A stretch of DNA of 55,043 nt from a virus (Duplodnaviria; Caudoviricetes): positions 1-55,043 of IMG/VR virus record IMGVR_UViG_3300042479_000786; one strand, 5' to 3'. The translations under genes and the position numbers were made by a program. Each line of letters begins with the position of its first letter. The stretch's first letter is position 1. The notes below the pieces were generated by a model. It did not search any database and was not told where the DNA came from. It saw nothing but the letters and a program-made list of their open reading frames with translations. Of the stretch, positions 47,135 to 55,043 are shown piece after piece.

Positions 47135-47704
47135 GTGGCACTAAAGATCGATTTTTCGTACGCACAAAGCGCTGACCTCAAATCACTTGAGATCTATGAC
47201 ACTACGGGTATATACAATTCTACCACTAATGTAGGAGGATGGGGCACGCCTAACCCTGAAATAGCTGATGTCGATTCTGATCTGATCAGGATTCAGTTTG
47301 TGGGTGACTCTGTTTCGTATGAAATGCAGATGTACCCCACACTGCCTAACGTGATCAATCAGCCATGGGTTATTAACAATACAAACCTAGGCCTATCGCC
47401 TACCCAAAAGATAAATGACGGTCAGTACCAGATCACTCGTACAACTATTGCCAATGACGTTACCTACGTAAAAACACGCCGGGTGTTCCTCATTGGCCAA
47501 GTAAAATGCTGTGCGGATCAGATGCTGGATATGGAGAAGCCAGGTTGCTCATGCAGCAATGGCCGGCTCACTGATGCATCGATCCTGCAGTATACTTTAT
47601 TCACGTTGAGAAAAGCTTTCTTGTCTCATAAATTCGAAAGAGCTAACCAGATCCTAAGATATGCGCAGTCGTTGTGCGAATCAAAAAATTGTAAAACCTG
47701 CTAA
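47135..47704 (+). CDS. putative tail-associated structural protein (Cys-rich C-terminus)
   Basis: GTG start; YDTTG..GGWGTPNP; CC, CSC, C...C..C motifs. Confidence 0.6.
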   Translation: MALKIDFSYAQSADLKSLEIYDTTGIYNSTTNVGGWGTPNPEIADVDSDLIRIQFVGDSVSYEMQMYPTLPNVINQPWVINNTNLGLSPTQKINDGQYQITRTTIANDVTYVKTRRVFLIGQVKCCADQMLDMEKPGCSCSNGRLTDASILQYTLFTLRKAFLSHKFERANQILRYAQSLCESKNCKTC

Positions 47705-47707
47705 TTT

Positions 47708-48556
47708 ATGAATGATTGCGTAGGATGTGAAGAAATTTCATTGCCAATAGGCACGCCAGGCGAAGATGGCAAGAACGCATTTACTACAACCACAGCTGGA
47801 TTTAACCAACCAGCTTCAGGTTTTAGTGTTCCTGTATCTGTATCTGATTTAGGGCAATTAACTAACCAGTGGGCTATCCCCGGGCAGGTTGTGTTCCTAG
47901 CAGATGTAAATGGATTTGGTGGATATTATCAGGTAGTTTCTATTACAGGAAGCACCACTATCGACTTGTTGAATCTTGGATATGCCTCCAACTCTGCCGA
48001 TTCGACTCCTATCGCTTTCCCCGCTAAGGTATCACCTGCGGGAATAGCCGGACCTGCCGGTAGTCCTGGAATAGAGGGCCCTGCCGGCCCTTCTGGCGCT
48101 TCATCAAACCTACTGCTTTCTTCATACGATAATAGGTTTGCAGTGAATACCATTGGAGCCGAGGTTGTGTATACCGGGGTTATTCCAGCAGGGTCTGTAT
48201 CTAACCTTGGAGACACGATTCGAATTGATATCCCGATGACTTTCTTTGATGGTAGTTATGGAGATCAGAGCTTAGTATACGTGACTGTAGACACAGGAGG
48301 CGGAGAGTTTCAGGTATGCAGCACAAATGGATATTCTGATAATCAAAGAGGAGTTATGTCTATTAGCCTGATCAAGGCAGTCGGGTTAACTAGGACATTT
48401 GACTCAGCTACGTATAACTCAGGCGCAGGTCTTCCGAATGATCTTACTGGGGTTGATCTTTCGTTAGAAATAACAATCAGGGTCTACATACAAGAATTGA
48501 ACACAGCCGGTTCTGCTATAATGAAGTCACTGACCGCATATAAACTCACATCATAA
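47708..48556 (+). CDS. putative tail fibre protein with a short collagen-like segment
   Basis: GIAGPAGSPGIEGPAGPSGAS Gly-X-Y repeat. Confidence 0.65.
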   Translation: MNDCVGCEEISLPIGTPGEDGKNAFTTTTAGFNQPASGFSVPVSVSDLGQLTNQWAIPGQVVFLADVNGFGGYYQVVSITGSTTIDLLNLGYASNSADSTPIAFPAKVSPAGIAGPAGSPGIEGPAGPSGASSNLLLSSYDNRFAVNTIGAEVVYTGVIPAGSVSNLGDTIRIDIPMTFFDGSYGDQSLVYVTVDTGGGEFQVCSTNGYSDNQRGVMSISLIKAVGLTRTFDSATYNSGAGLPNDLTGVDLSLEITIRVYIQELNTAGSAIMKSLTAYKLTS

Positions 48557-49827
48557 TGGCATATTTCGAATCCACGGTTAAGATTGCTATAGACAATAGC
48601 ACAGGCACGGTAACGGTTGACGTGAGTAATAATTCACTGATGCGCTATTACCTTGATGTGGATCCGCTAGGGGTCACATTAACCACCGGAGTGGCCATTA
48701 CAGCCGGGGGTGGCACGCCAGAAGAAGGCGCTACGTTTACGTTCTACAATTCCGGGGGAGCTACCCTAGGCGTAGGCGGTACGTTTTCCGTTATGGGGCA
48801 TCTTCTTACCGAATTCCAAGCATTCACCCCGGGTATGATCATTGCTCGTTTTGATACACTTGCTTGGCGCATCTTCTTGCTTCCTGACTTCTCGGCCCTT
48901 CCGGCACCGGCATCTCTGGTGAGCAGCACAAACCTTGCTACAACGCCAGGACTAGGAGGAGGAACAATCACACTTGACCCTGCATCTAGCGACACATTCC
49001 AGCGTTTTACTGGATCCGGTACGCTAGTAGGGAACGTGACCATCACGGCCACCGGTGGTGTTGAAGGAGATTACTTCAATATTGACCTCAATCCTACGCT
49101 GACTCCTGGAGCTAGCACAATCATATTGTCCTTCGGCCTGACAACAGTTACGCTGAATGTTGCTGATGTAAATCACCGGACCTTTGCCCTTGCATACTTC
49201 GACGGATCTAATTGGGATGTAGTGGTGCTTAACCGATCAGTTGCTACAACTGATATCCTGCCTAATGCAGTGACGAATGCCAAGATCCGTAAGTCTGTTG
49301 GGAACTCTGTTATCGGGAATCCGTTGAATACCACGGCGGACGTAGTGGACGTCACTTTCTCAAAAAAGGAATTCGGCATTGGGTGGACCGGGTCTACCCT
49401 TTCTACTGATACGTACATAGGCATGCGCGTGGCTGAGGTGTTTGTAACACAAGCCCAAGCTCGTTTGCTATTAACAACACCGATACTAGGTATCGCTGCG
49501 CCTACGGCTACTGAATTTATTCAGATTCATTCAGCTATGGTGAACATATCAAGTACGAATGCTTCAAATTCCGGGATTATAGATGACTTGAACATCATCT
49601 GCGGATCAGCTCCATCGGTCGTGGCTGCGGTTTACAAAACAAGATATGCATTTGCATCTCAGGTGGATAGAAAGCTTTTGTTTGTAGAGAAAGAGAACGT
49701 CAGTGAGACGTCATTCCAAATCATTGAAAACAAAGGGATCTACATTTCTTCCGGAGCGGACAATGCTACATTCGTCGGCGACCTTGCGATTTACATTTTC
49801 TACAGCATTTTCGATACTTCTTTCTGA
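48556..49827 (+). CDS. putative tail fibre/spike protein
   Basis: G/T-rich beta modules duplicated internally; I..NAVTNAKI repeat-type motif. Confidence 0.6.
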   Translation: MAYFESTVKIAIDNSTGTVTVDVSNNSLMRYYLDVDPLGVTLTTGVAITAGGGTPEEGATFTFYNSGGATLGVGGTFSVMGHLLTEFQAFTPGMIIARFDTLAWRIFLLPDFSALPAPASLVSSTNLATTPGLGGGTITLDPASSDTFQRFTGSGTLVGNVTITATGGVEGDYFNIDLNPTLTPGASTIILSFGLTTVTLNVADVNHRTFALAYFDGSNWDVVVLNRSVATTDILPNAVTNAKIRKSVGNSVIGNPLNTTADVVDVTFSKKEFGIGWTGSTLSTDTYIGMRVAEVFVTQAQARLLLTTPILGIAAPTATEFIQIHSAMVNISSTNASNSGIIDDLNIICGSAPSVVAAVYKTRYAFASQVDRKLLFVEKENVSETSFQIIENKGIYISSGADNATFVGDLAIYIFYSIFDTSF

Positions 49828-50642
49828 TGCAGTTATACACACGCAACGAGTTATTGAAACGTGCATGGATCGCAGATTCCGTGCAAGCAGATCTCATGAT
49901 CGATGCCATCGAGGCTTCGTATAATGGGGATGTCAATACATTCGATTGCCTGATGAACACTGTGGCAAACCTTCACTGGTTAAGCCAAGCGTTGAAGTGC
50001 ATCGATCCGGCCGTTGGGGAACCATTCCCTGTGGTTATCGGGGCACTGGAAACGCTTCAGGTCAGTAAGGTTGTTATGAATCCATTCGCAGAAGGAATCA
50101 CGTACAGCTTCTACATCGCCCAGTCTGATCAGAATGGAGTAATACAGAGCTGTACAATCGCCTTCACCACGGTCCTGGGAGATGATCTAGAGACATCCAG
50201 AGCCGGTTTGATATCATCCGTGAATGCATTGAGAGACGTGGGTCAGATCTATGTGACGGCCATCAACGGGACCAATGCAAATGAGATTTTATTGGTGGCC
50301 CTATCCGGCACTCCGATATTTTACCTAGCAGACATCTCAGAGACAACCTGCTCAACCATTACAATAGGAAACAATGAGGTCGTCTATACCTCTAGCGTGG
50401 ACTATTCTAACCGGTGCTTAACGGATGAGCAGATCCAAGGCATCGTTCTGAAGGTGGAGACGATCTGCGGGGCTCCATGTGTTCCAGATCCACAGATATT
50501 CCTTACCGATACGATCCCGAATATCATACAGTATACTGATGTCGCTCAGTATACGGTTGTTTATCCCGTGGATGACACTCCAGTAGTGACCAAAAAATTC
50601 GACTTCAATCAACAAGACTTCAAACCTAACGACTTCGCATAA
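49827..50642 (+). CDS. putative structural protein
   Basis: 271 aa, coupled within the tail operon. Confidence 0.55.
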   Translation: MQLYTRNELLKRAWIADSVQADLMIDAIEASYNGDVNTFDCLMNTVANLHWLSQALKCIDPAVGEPFPVVIGALETLQVSKVVMNPFAEGITYSFYIAQSDQNGVIQSCTIAFTTVLGDDLETSRAGLISSVNALRDVGQIYVTAINGTNANEILLVALSGTPIFYLADISETTCSTITIGNNEVVYTSSVDYSNRCLTDEQIQGIVLKVETICGAPCVPDPQIFLTDTIPNIIQYTDVAQYTVVYPVDDTPVVTKKFDFNQQDFKPNDFA

Positions 50643-51229
50643 TGCCAGCTACTACTAAACCACAAATACAGGTTCTGATCAATGCCATCCAGCCAGAGGT
50701 TGAATTCCCGGCAGAGTCGATGAACGTGCTGTTAACACAAATGCTGAATGCTTCATTCGGGCCTTTATGGGGAGCTGGTATTTATGGCGTAACTCCGGCA
50801 GTTGATGCAGATGAGACATTTGGATATAGAGCTGGAAGCTTGGGTCATAACTCGGCAGACTCTAGATCTTACCTTTGTGTATCTGCGACAGCTGGTGCGG
50901 CGGTATGGACTTTATTAACCGAAGACAATGGCCTAGAGATTATGACCATGACCAACGGAGGGATTCGGCAAGCTATTGTTTCTACGGCGAATATAAATTT
51001 GACAGCTAATGTCGCTAACTTCACACTTAGGCTTCCGGCATTTCCGTATACTGGAAAAAGCGTTCGTGTATTTATCGACCCAGTGGGAACTGTTTCCGGA
51101 ACGCTTACTGTCACTTCCTCAACAGGGGCTGCTGTTTCTAATATGACAGCTGCTGCTCTTGACTCTTATATTTATACTTATAACGGATCTGCTTGGATTC
51201 TGATAGGCTTTTCAGGAACGATTGTCTAA
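50642..51229 (+). CDS. putative tail fibre-associated protein
   Basis: D.T.GY..GS......Y.CVSAT.GAAVW motif; C-terminal YNGSAW. Confidence 0.6.
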   Translation: MPATTKPQIQVLINAIQPEVEFPAESMNVLLTQMLNASFGPLWGAGIYGVTPAVDADETFGYRAGSLGHNSADSRSYLCVSATAGAAVWTLLTEDNGLEIMTMTNGGIRQAIVSTANINLTANVANFTLRLPAFPYTGKSVRVFIDPVGTVSGTLTVTSSTGAAVSNMTAAALDSYIYTYNGSAWILIGFSGTIV

Positions 51230-51287
51230 TCAATTAAATGGAAGTAGAGTCCCAAGGGCCTTAATCGCAGTGTAATAAAATCACCTC

Positions 51288-51860
51288 ATGTCGCTAGTCA
51301 GGAAAAGAATCGTCCTGCCTTTGATACCAACGGATATCTTCCAGGTTATAAGGCCAACTCAGAACAAGGACGCTGTTCTTGACCTGACGTATCAACAGCT
51401 GCTATCCGCTCTTTCAGAGGTATTCTCTGGAGGCGGATCGCTTATTTTACTGCAGACCAATGGGGTTGATAATGGGGACCAGAACCTTCTGAATCTAGTA
51501 GAGGGAACGAACGTCACCATCACCGACGATGGCCTAGGGAACGTAACGATCGACTCAACCGGATCCGGGTCCACTATTCTCCTTCAGACAGACGGCGTTG
51601 ATAACGTCGATCAGGCGAAGTTAAACCTCGTCCCTGGCACTAGTATCGCAATCACAGACGACGGTCTCGGAAACATCACCTTTGATGTGTCTGGATCAGG
51701 ATTGCTCCTTCAGACGGATGGCGTTACCAATACCGACCAGACGAAGCTGAATCTTGTCGGAGGTACTAATGTAACCCTGACTGATGATGGGGCTGGTAAT
51801 GTCACGATTGACGCTACAGGTGGTGATTCAATATCACCATTTTTATTAATGGGAGGGTAA
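51288..51860 (+). CDS. repeat-containing fibre protein
   Basis: Three 42-44-aa repeats LLQT.GV.N.DQ..LNLV.GT....TDDG.GN.T.D; ends SPFLLMGG. Confidence 0.7.
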   Translation: MSLVRKRIVLPLIPTDIFQVIRPTQNKDAVLDLTYQQLLSALSEVFSGGGSLILLQTNGVDNGDQNLLNLVEGTNVTITDDGLGNVTIDSTGSGSTILLQTDGVDNVDQAKLNLVPGTSIAITDDGLGNITFDVSGSGLLLQTDGVTNTDQTKLNLVGGTNVTLTDDGAGNVTIDATGGDSISPFLLMGG

Positions 51861-51863
51861 AAT

Positions 51864-52193
51864 ATGGCAACAACATACAAAGTTTTAGGACAATCTAGTC
51901 CTGCTGCAACAACAGAAACAGCACTATACACAGTACCATCTGCTACATCAGCAATAGGTAGTTCTATTATAATAGCAAACAGAAGTACATCTGTAGCATA
52001 TTTTAGAGTGAGTATAGCTGTAGCAGGAGCAGCAACATCAAATAAAGATTACATTTACTATGATTTACCAATAGGAGCTAATGATACATTTATAGCTACT
52101 ATTGGTATTACATTAGCAACAACAGATGAGGTAAGAGTTTATGCATCAAATACAAACCTAAGCTTCTCATTATATGGTTCAGAAATAAGTTAA
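51864..52193 (+). CDS. small virion beta-sandwich-like protein (MATTYKVLGQ type)
   Basis: YKVLGQ..P, LYTVP, YIYYD, GITL, SF..YGSE motifs recognised from aquatic phage tail regions. Confidence 0.7.
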   Translation: MATTYKVLGQSSPAATTETALYTVPSATSAIGSSIIIANRSTSVAYFRVSIAVAGAATSNKDYIYYDLPIGANDTFIATIGITLATTDEVRVYASNTNLSFSLYGSEIS

Positions 52194-52194
52194 C

Positions 52195-53439
52195 ATGGCA
52201 CAAGGATATTCATCATACAATATAATCAGCAGTGAGATTTCATATAAAAACTCTCCTAACATAGATGCGTTTGGTAGGCTAAGGGTTAGTAATCCATTCA
52301 CATTATTTGATTCTAGCCACAGGTATTCTGACAATGGCCTATGGTCAACAGGTTCTGCTACAGGCGGTACAGCTACATTTAACTCTAGTCAAGGATTAGT
52401 TGATTTAGGTGTTACAGCAGCAAGTGGATCAGAGGTGATAAGAGAAACGGTAAAAGTATTTTCTTATCAACCTGGAAAAAGCTTATTTGTGCTTTCTACA
52501 TTTGTAATGAACACTGCTAAGACAGGACTTAGACAAAGGGTGGGGTACTTTGGAGCTGATAACGGATATTATTTAGAACAAAATAATAGTACCGTTAGCT
52601 TTGTTGAGAGGAGTTCTGTTACAGGAGCATTGGTAAACACACCTATCGCACAGGCTAGTTGGAATGTTGATCCAATGGATGGTTCTGGTCCTAGTGGAAT
52701 AACCCTTGACCTGACTAAATCACAAATCTTATTTATGGATTTAGAGTGGTTGGGAGTGGGTACTGTAAGGATAGGCTTTGTTATAAATGGTAACTTCTAT
52801 GTATGTCATAAGTTTCATCATGCCAATATACTTCCATATACGTACATAACTACAGCATCTCTACCATTAAGATATGAGATAACAAACACATCAGCTACAA
52901 GCGGAGTTAGTACATTAAAGCAGATATGCTCTACTGTATTATCAGAAGGTGGATATGAGTTGTCTGGATTACAACAAGCTGTTGGGAATCCTATAAATTC
53001 ACCTAGGACACTAGGGACTGCTGGTACATTCTACCCTGTAATAAGTTTGCGTTTGAAGACAACTAGGCTAGATGGCATTGTTATTCCTTCTGCCCTATCT
53101 GCAATGCCGATTAGCACTGGTAATTTTAATTGGAGACTGATAGCAGCAGGAACAACTACAGGAGGTTCTTGGGTTAGCGCAGGTACGAATTCTTGCGTAG
53201 AGTATAACATATCAGCAGGGACTACATTTACTGGAGGTAGAATACTTGCAAGTGGATTTTTCAATGCATCAAATCAAGGAACAAGTCAGATAGATATATC
53301 AAAAGAATCTCTATTTAAGTTCCAATTAGAAAGGAATGGTTTAACATCAACACCATTTGAACTTACACTGGTAATTGCTTCTGATAGCGGTAGTGATACT
53401 GTTGTTGCATCATTAGACTGGGAGGAAATAAGCAGATAA
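52195..53439 (+). CDS. putative tail/lectin-like structural protein
   Basis: DAFGRLRVSNPFTLFDS, YQPGKS, EWLGVG.VR.G, LPLRYEI motifs. Confidence 0.7.
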   Translation: MAQGYSSYNIISSEISYKNSPNIDAFGRLRVSNPFTLFDSSHRYSDNGLWSTGSATGGTATFNSSQGLVDLGVTAASGSEVIRETVKVFSYQPGKSLFVLSTFVMNTAKTGLRQRVGYFGADNGYYLEQNNSTVSFVERSSVTGALVNTPIAQASWNVDPMDGSGPSGITLDLTKSQILFMDLEWLGVGTVRIGFVINGNFYVCHKFHHANILPYTYITTASLPLRYEITNTSATSGVSTLKQICSTVLSEGGYELSGLQQAVGNPINSPRTLGTAGTFYPVISLRLKTTRLDGIVIPSALSAMPISTGNFNWRLIAAGTTTGGSWVSAGTNSCVEYNISAGTTFTGGRILASGFFNASNQGTSQIDISKESLFKFQLERNGLTSTPFELTLVIASDSGSDTVVASLDWEEISR

Positions 53440-53440
53440 T

Positions 53441-54175
53441 ATGAGTCAAGGATTTACAAGGGGAGTACCCATAGACACAGACCCAACATTATCACTAGAT
53501 AGTGATTTGGTTGTTCCTTCACAAAAGGCAGTAAAAACATATGTAGATACAGGTCTTTCAACAAAGCAAGATACTCTTACAGCAACAAAGTCAGTAGAGA
53601 TTGTATCTAATAATGTTGAACTTGATGGTGATTTAACAACTCCATTAGCTAACTATGTATATGGTACTGATGGATTAGGAGCTAGAGGATGGAAACCAGA
53701 CCCTACAGGTGGCGGTAATTCTATAGAAGAATTAACTAGTGATGTAACAGCAGGGCCTGCAGGATCACCATCAGCAAGTGTTGCAGCTACATTAGCAGCA
53801 AGTTATAAATCAGGATCAGCATCCGTTGTATTTGATGGGGCAGGTGGTGTGATTACATCAGGCACTACAGGATACGCCCAAGTGCTATACAATGGAACAA
53901 TTACATCATGGACTATAGCAGGGAATGTATCAGGTAGTTGCACTGTTACTGTGTTCAAGGATACATATGCCAACTTCCCTCCATTGATAACATCAGATAA
54001 CGTATTCACTGTACAGCCAGCATTAGCAGCACAGCAGAAGAATCAGAATCTAGCTCCTGTATTTTTAGGATCACAAGCAACGGTGGCAGCAGGGGATTGG
54101 ATTGGATTTACAATAACAGGAATCACCACCCTGGCATGGGTGAATTTAACAATAGCAATAACTAAAACAGTATGA
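53441..54175 (+). CDS. putative tail fibre protein
   Basis: SDLVVPSQKAVKTYVD motif, DTYANFPP C-terminal domain. Confidence 0.65.
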   Translation: MSQGFTRGVPIDTDPTLSLDSDLVVPSQKAVKTYVDTGLSTKQDTLTATKSVEIVSNNVELDGDLTTPLANYVYGTDGLGARGWKPDPTGGGNSIEELTSDVTAGPAGSPSASVAATLAASYKSGSASVVFDGAGGVITSGTTGYAQVLYNGTITSWTIAGNVSGSCTVTVFKDTYANFPPLITSDNVFTVQPALAAQQKNQNLAPVFLGSQATVAAGDWIGFTITGITTLAWVNLTIAITKTV

Positions 54176-54414
54176 CATACACAATCATTTCTACAAGACA
54201 AATAGATGAATCTCTATTCACCACTGTTGAATACAACTTTGATGGCACTATTGTCACTACAGAGGTGGCTCACTTCATGCCTAAGTCAGAGGAAGAGATA
54301 GCACAGAATATCATCAACAGAGCAGCATCAGAGCTGGCTAGGATGGAAGCAGCTGCAATGGTTGCTGCACTTATTGGAGGTATTGTAATTGGAGAAGAAA
54401 AGCCTATTGAATAA
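54172..54414 (+). CDS. hypothetical protein
   Basis: 80 aa, coupled at both ends. Confidence 0.65.
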   Translation: MTYTIISTRQIDESLFTTVEYNFDGTIVTTEVAHFMPKSEEEIAQNIINRAASELARMEAAAMVAALIGGIVIGEEKPIE

Positions 54415-55043
54415 TGTCATTGTGGACAGGAGCAGTTAGTACAGATTGGGGTACAGCAGGTAATTGGGCTGTAGGCGGTACTGGAATTGGTGTTCCAAGT
54501 GCTACAGTTGATGCTATATTTACAGGTACTCCTATAAGGAATTGTACTACAGGTACAGTGGCTCGGGCATGCCTAGCATTAAATACAACAGGGTATTTAG
54601 GTACGTTGGAAATAGGTAGTTCAACTGCTGGTTATATAAGAGTGTACGGTAACATAACTCTTGGAAGCACAGCAGGTCATATTACGGGATTATCGTATAT
54701 GGGTATAGAAGGTGCTACTTGTGCATTAGATGTTGCAGCAGGATTCACTGTACCATATCTTGCATTTGGCACAGCATCAGGTGGACCTCTTAGTTCTACC
54801 ATCACTCTTACTAGAAGTTTTGTTGTAACTGCATTATTTAAAGCAGGTAGCGCGGGTTCTACTGCAACAGTGACAGCAGGTAGCGCAATGAGTATTGATG
54901 TTACAAATGGATCAGTTTTAGCTTCAGGAACTAATGCTAGTACTACATTAAATGCAAATGTCACATTAAAGCTATTTGGGACTACGTCTTATGGAAACAA
55001 CTTTAATGTAAGCGGAAGTGTTACGTCTCAAGCTGGCTCTACC
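54414..55043 (+). CDS. putative beta-helical adhesin/tail spike, partial (runs off window end)
   Basis: ATG overlaps the upstream TAA; MSLWTGAVSTDWGTAGNW...VPSATVDAIF, G/T/A-rich. Confidence 0.7.
   Translation, partial: MSLWTGAVSTDWGTAGNWAVGGTGIGVPSATVDAIFTGTPIRNCTTGTVARACLALNTTGYLGTLEIGSSTAGYIRVYGNITLGSTAGHITGLSYMGIEGATCALDVAAGFTVPYLAFGTASGGPLSSTITLTRSFVVTALFKAGSAGSTATVTAGSAMSIDVTNGSVLASGTNASTTLNANVTLKLFGTTSYGNNFNVSGSVTSQAGST

Noticed and set aside
7896-54964. Numerous minus-strand and alternate-frame ORFs of 60-170 aa inside plus-strand genes
   Set aside because: Nested within long motif-bearing genes; no independent motifs or expression signals seen
47135-55043. Diversity-generating retroelement or invertible shufflon acting on the fibre genes
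   Set aside because: No reverse transcriptase, recombinase, TR/VR pair or inverted crossover sites were seen in this window

Overview
The window is part of a tailed dsDNA bacteriophage genome with podovirus-type, crAss-like gene order. The host is probably a Bacteroidota member, because TAnnTTTG -7 boxes (several with an upstream TTTG) precede many transcription units. Layout: (i) 1-6350, a leftward early region of small, tightly coupled ORFs with two atypical tRNA-like elements and a multi-hairpin non-coding leader; (ii) 6350-7860, a divergent control region in which both promoters are followed by the same boxA-like 10-mer, plus an attenuator-like RNA leader; (iii) 7864-16727, replication and packaging genes (DUF6291-type initiator with internal repeats, primase-helicase fusion, NinB-like, terminase large subunit, RuvC-like); (iv) 16787-31814, portal, scaffold, major capsid, a separate unit of five small basic proteins, ring proteins and a muzzle/tail protein; (v) 31845-47077, putative ejection proteins including a 4277-aa polyvalent-type protein whose modules are separated by a recurring [SP]-[RK]-[AS]-R linker; (vi) 47135-end, tail fibre/adhesin genes with a composition break near 51830. 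I saw no virion RNA polymerase motif, DNA polymerase, integrase or CRISPR array. All family calls come from motif recognition and synteny by eye, not from database searches.
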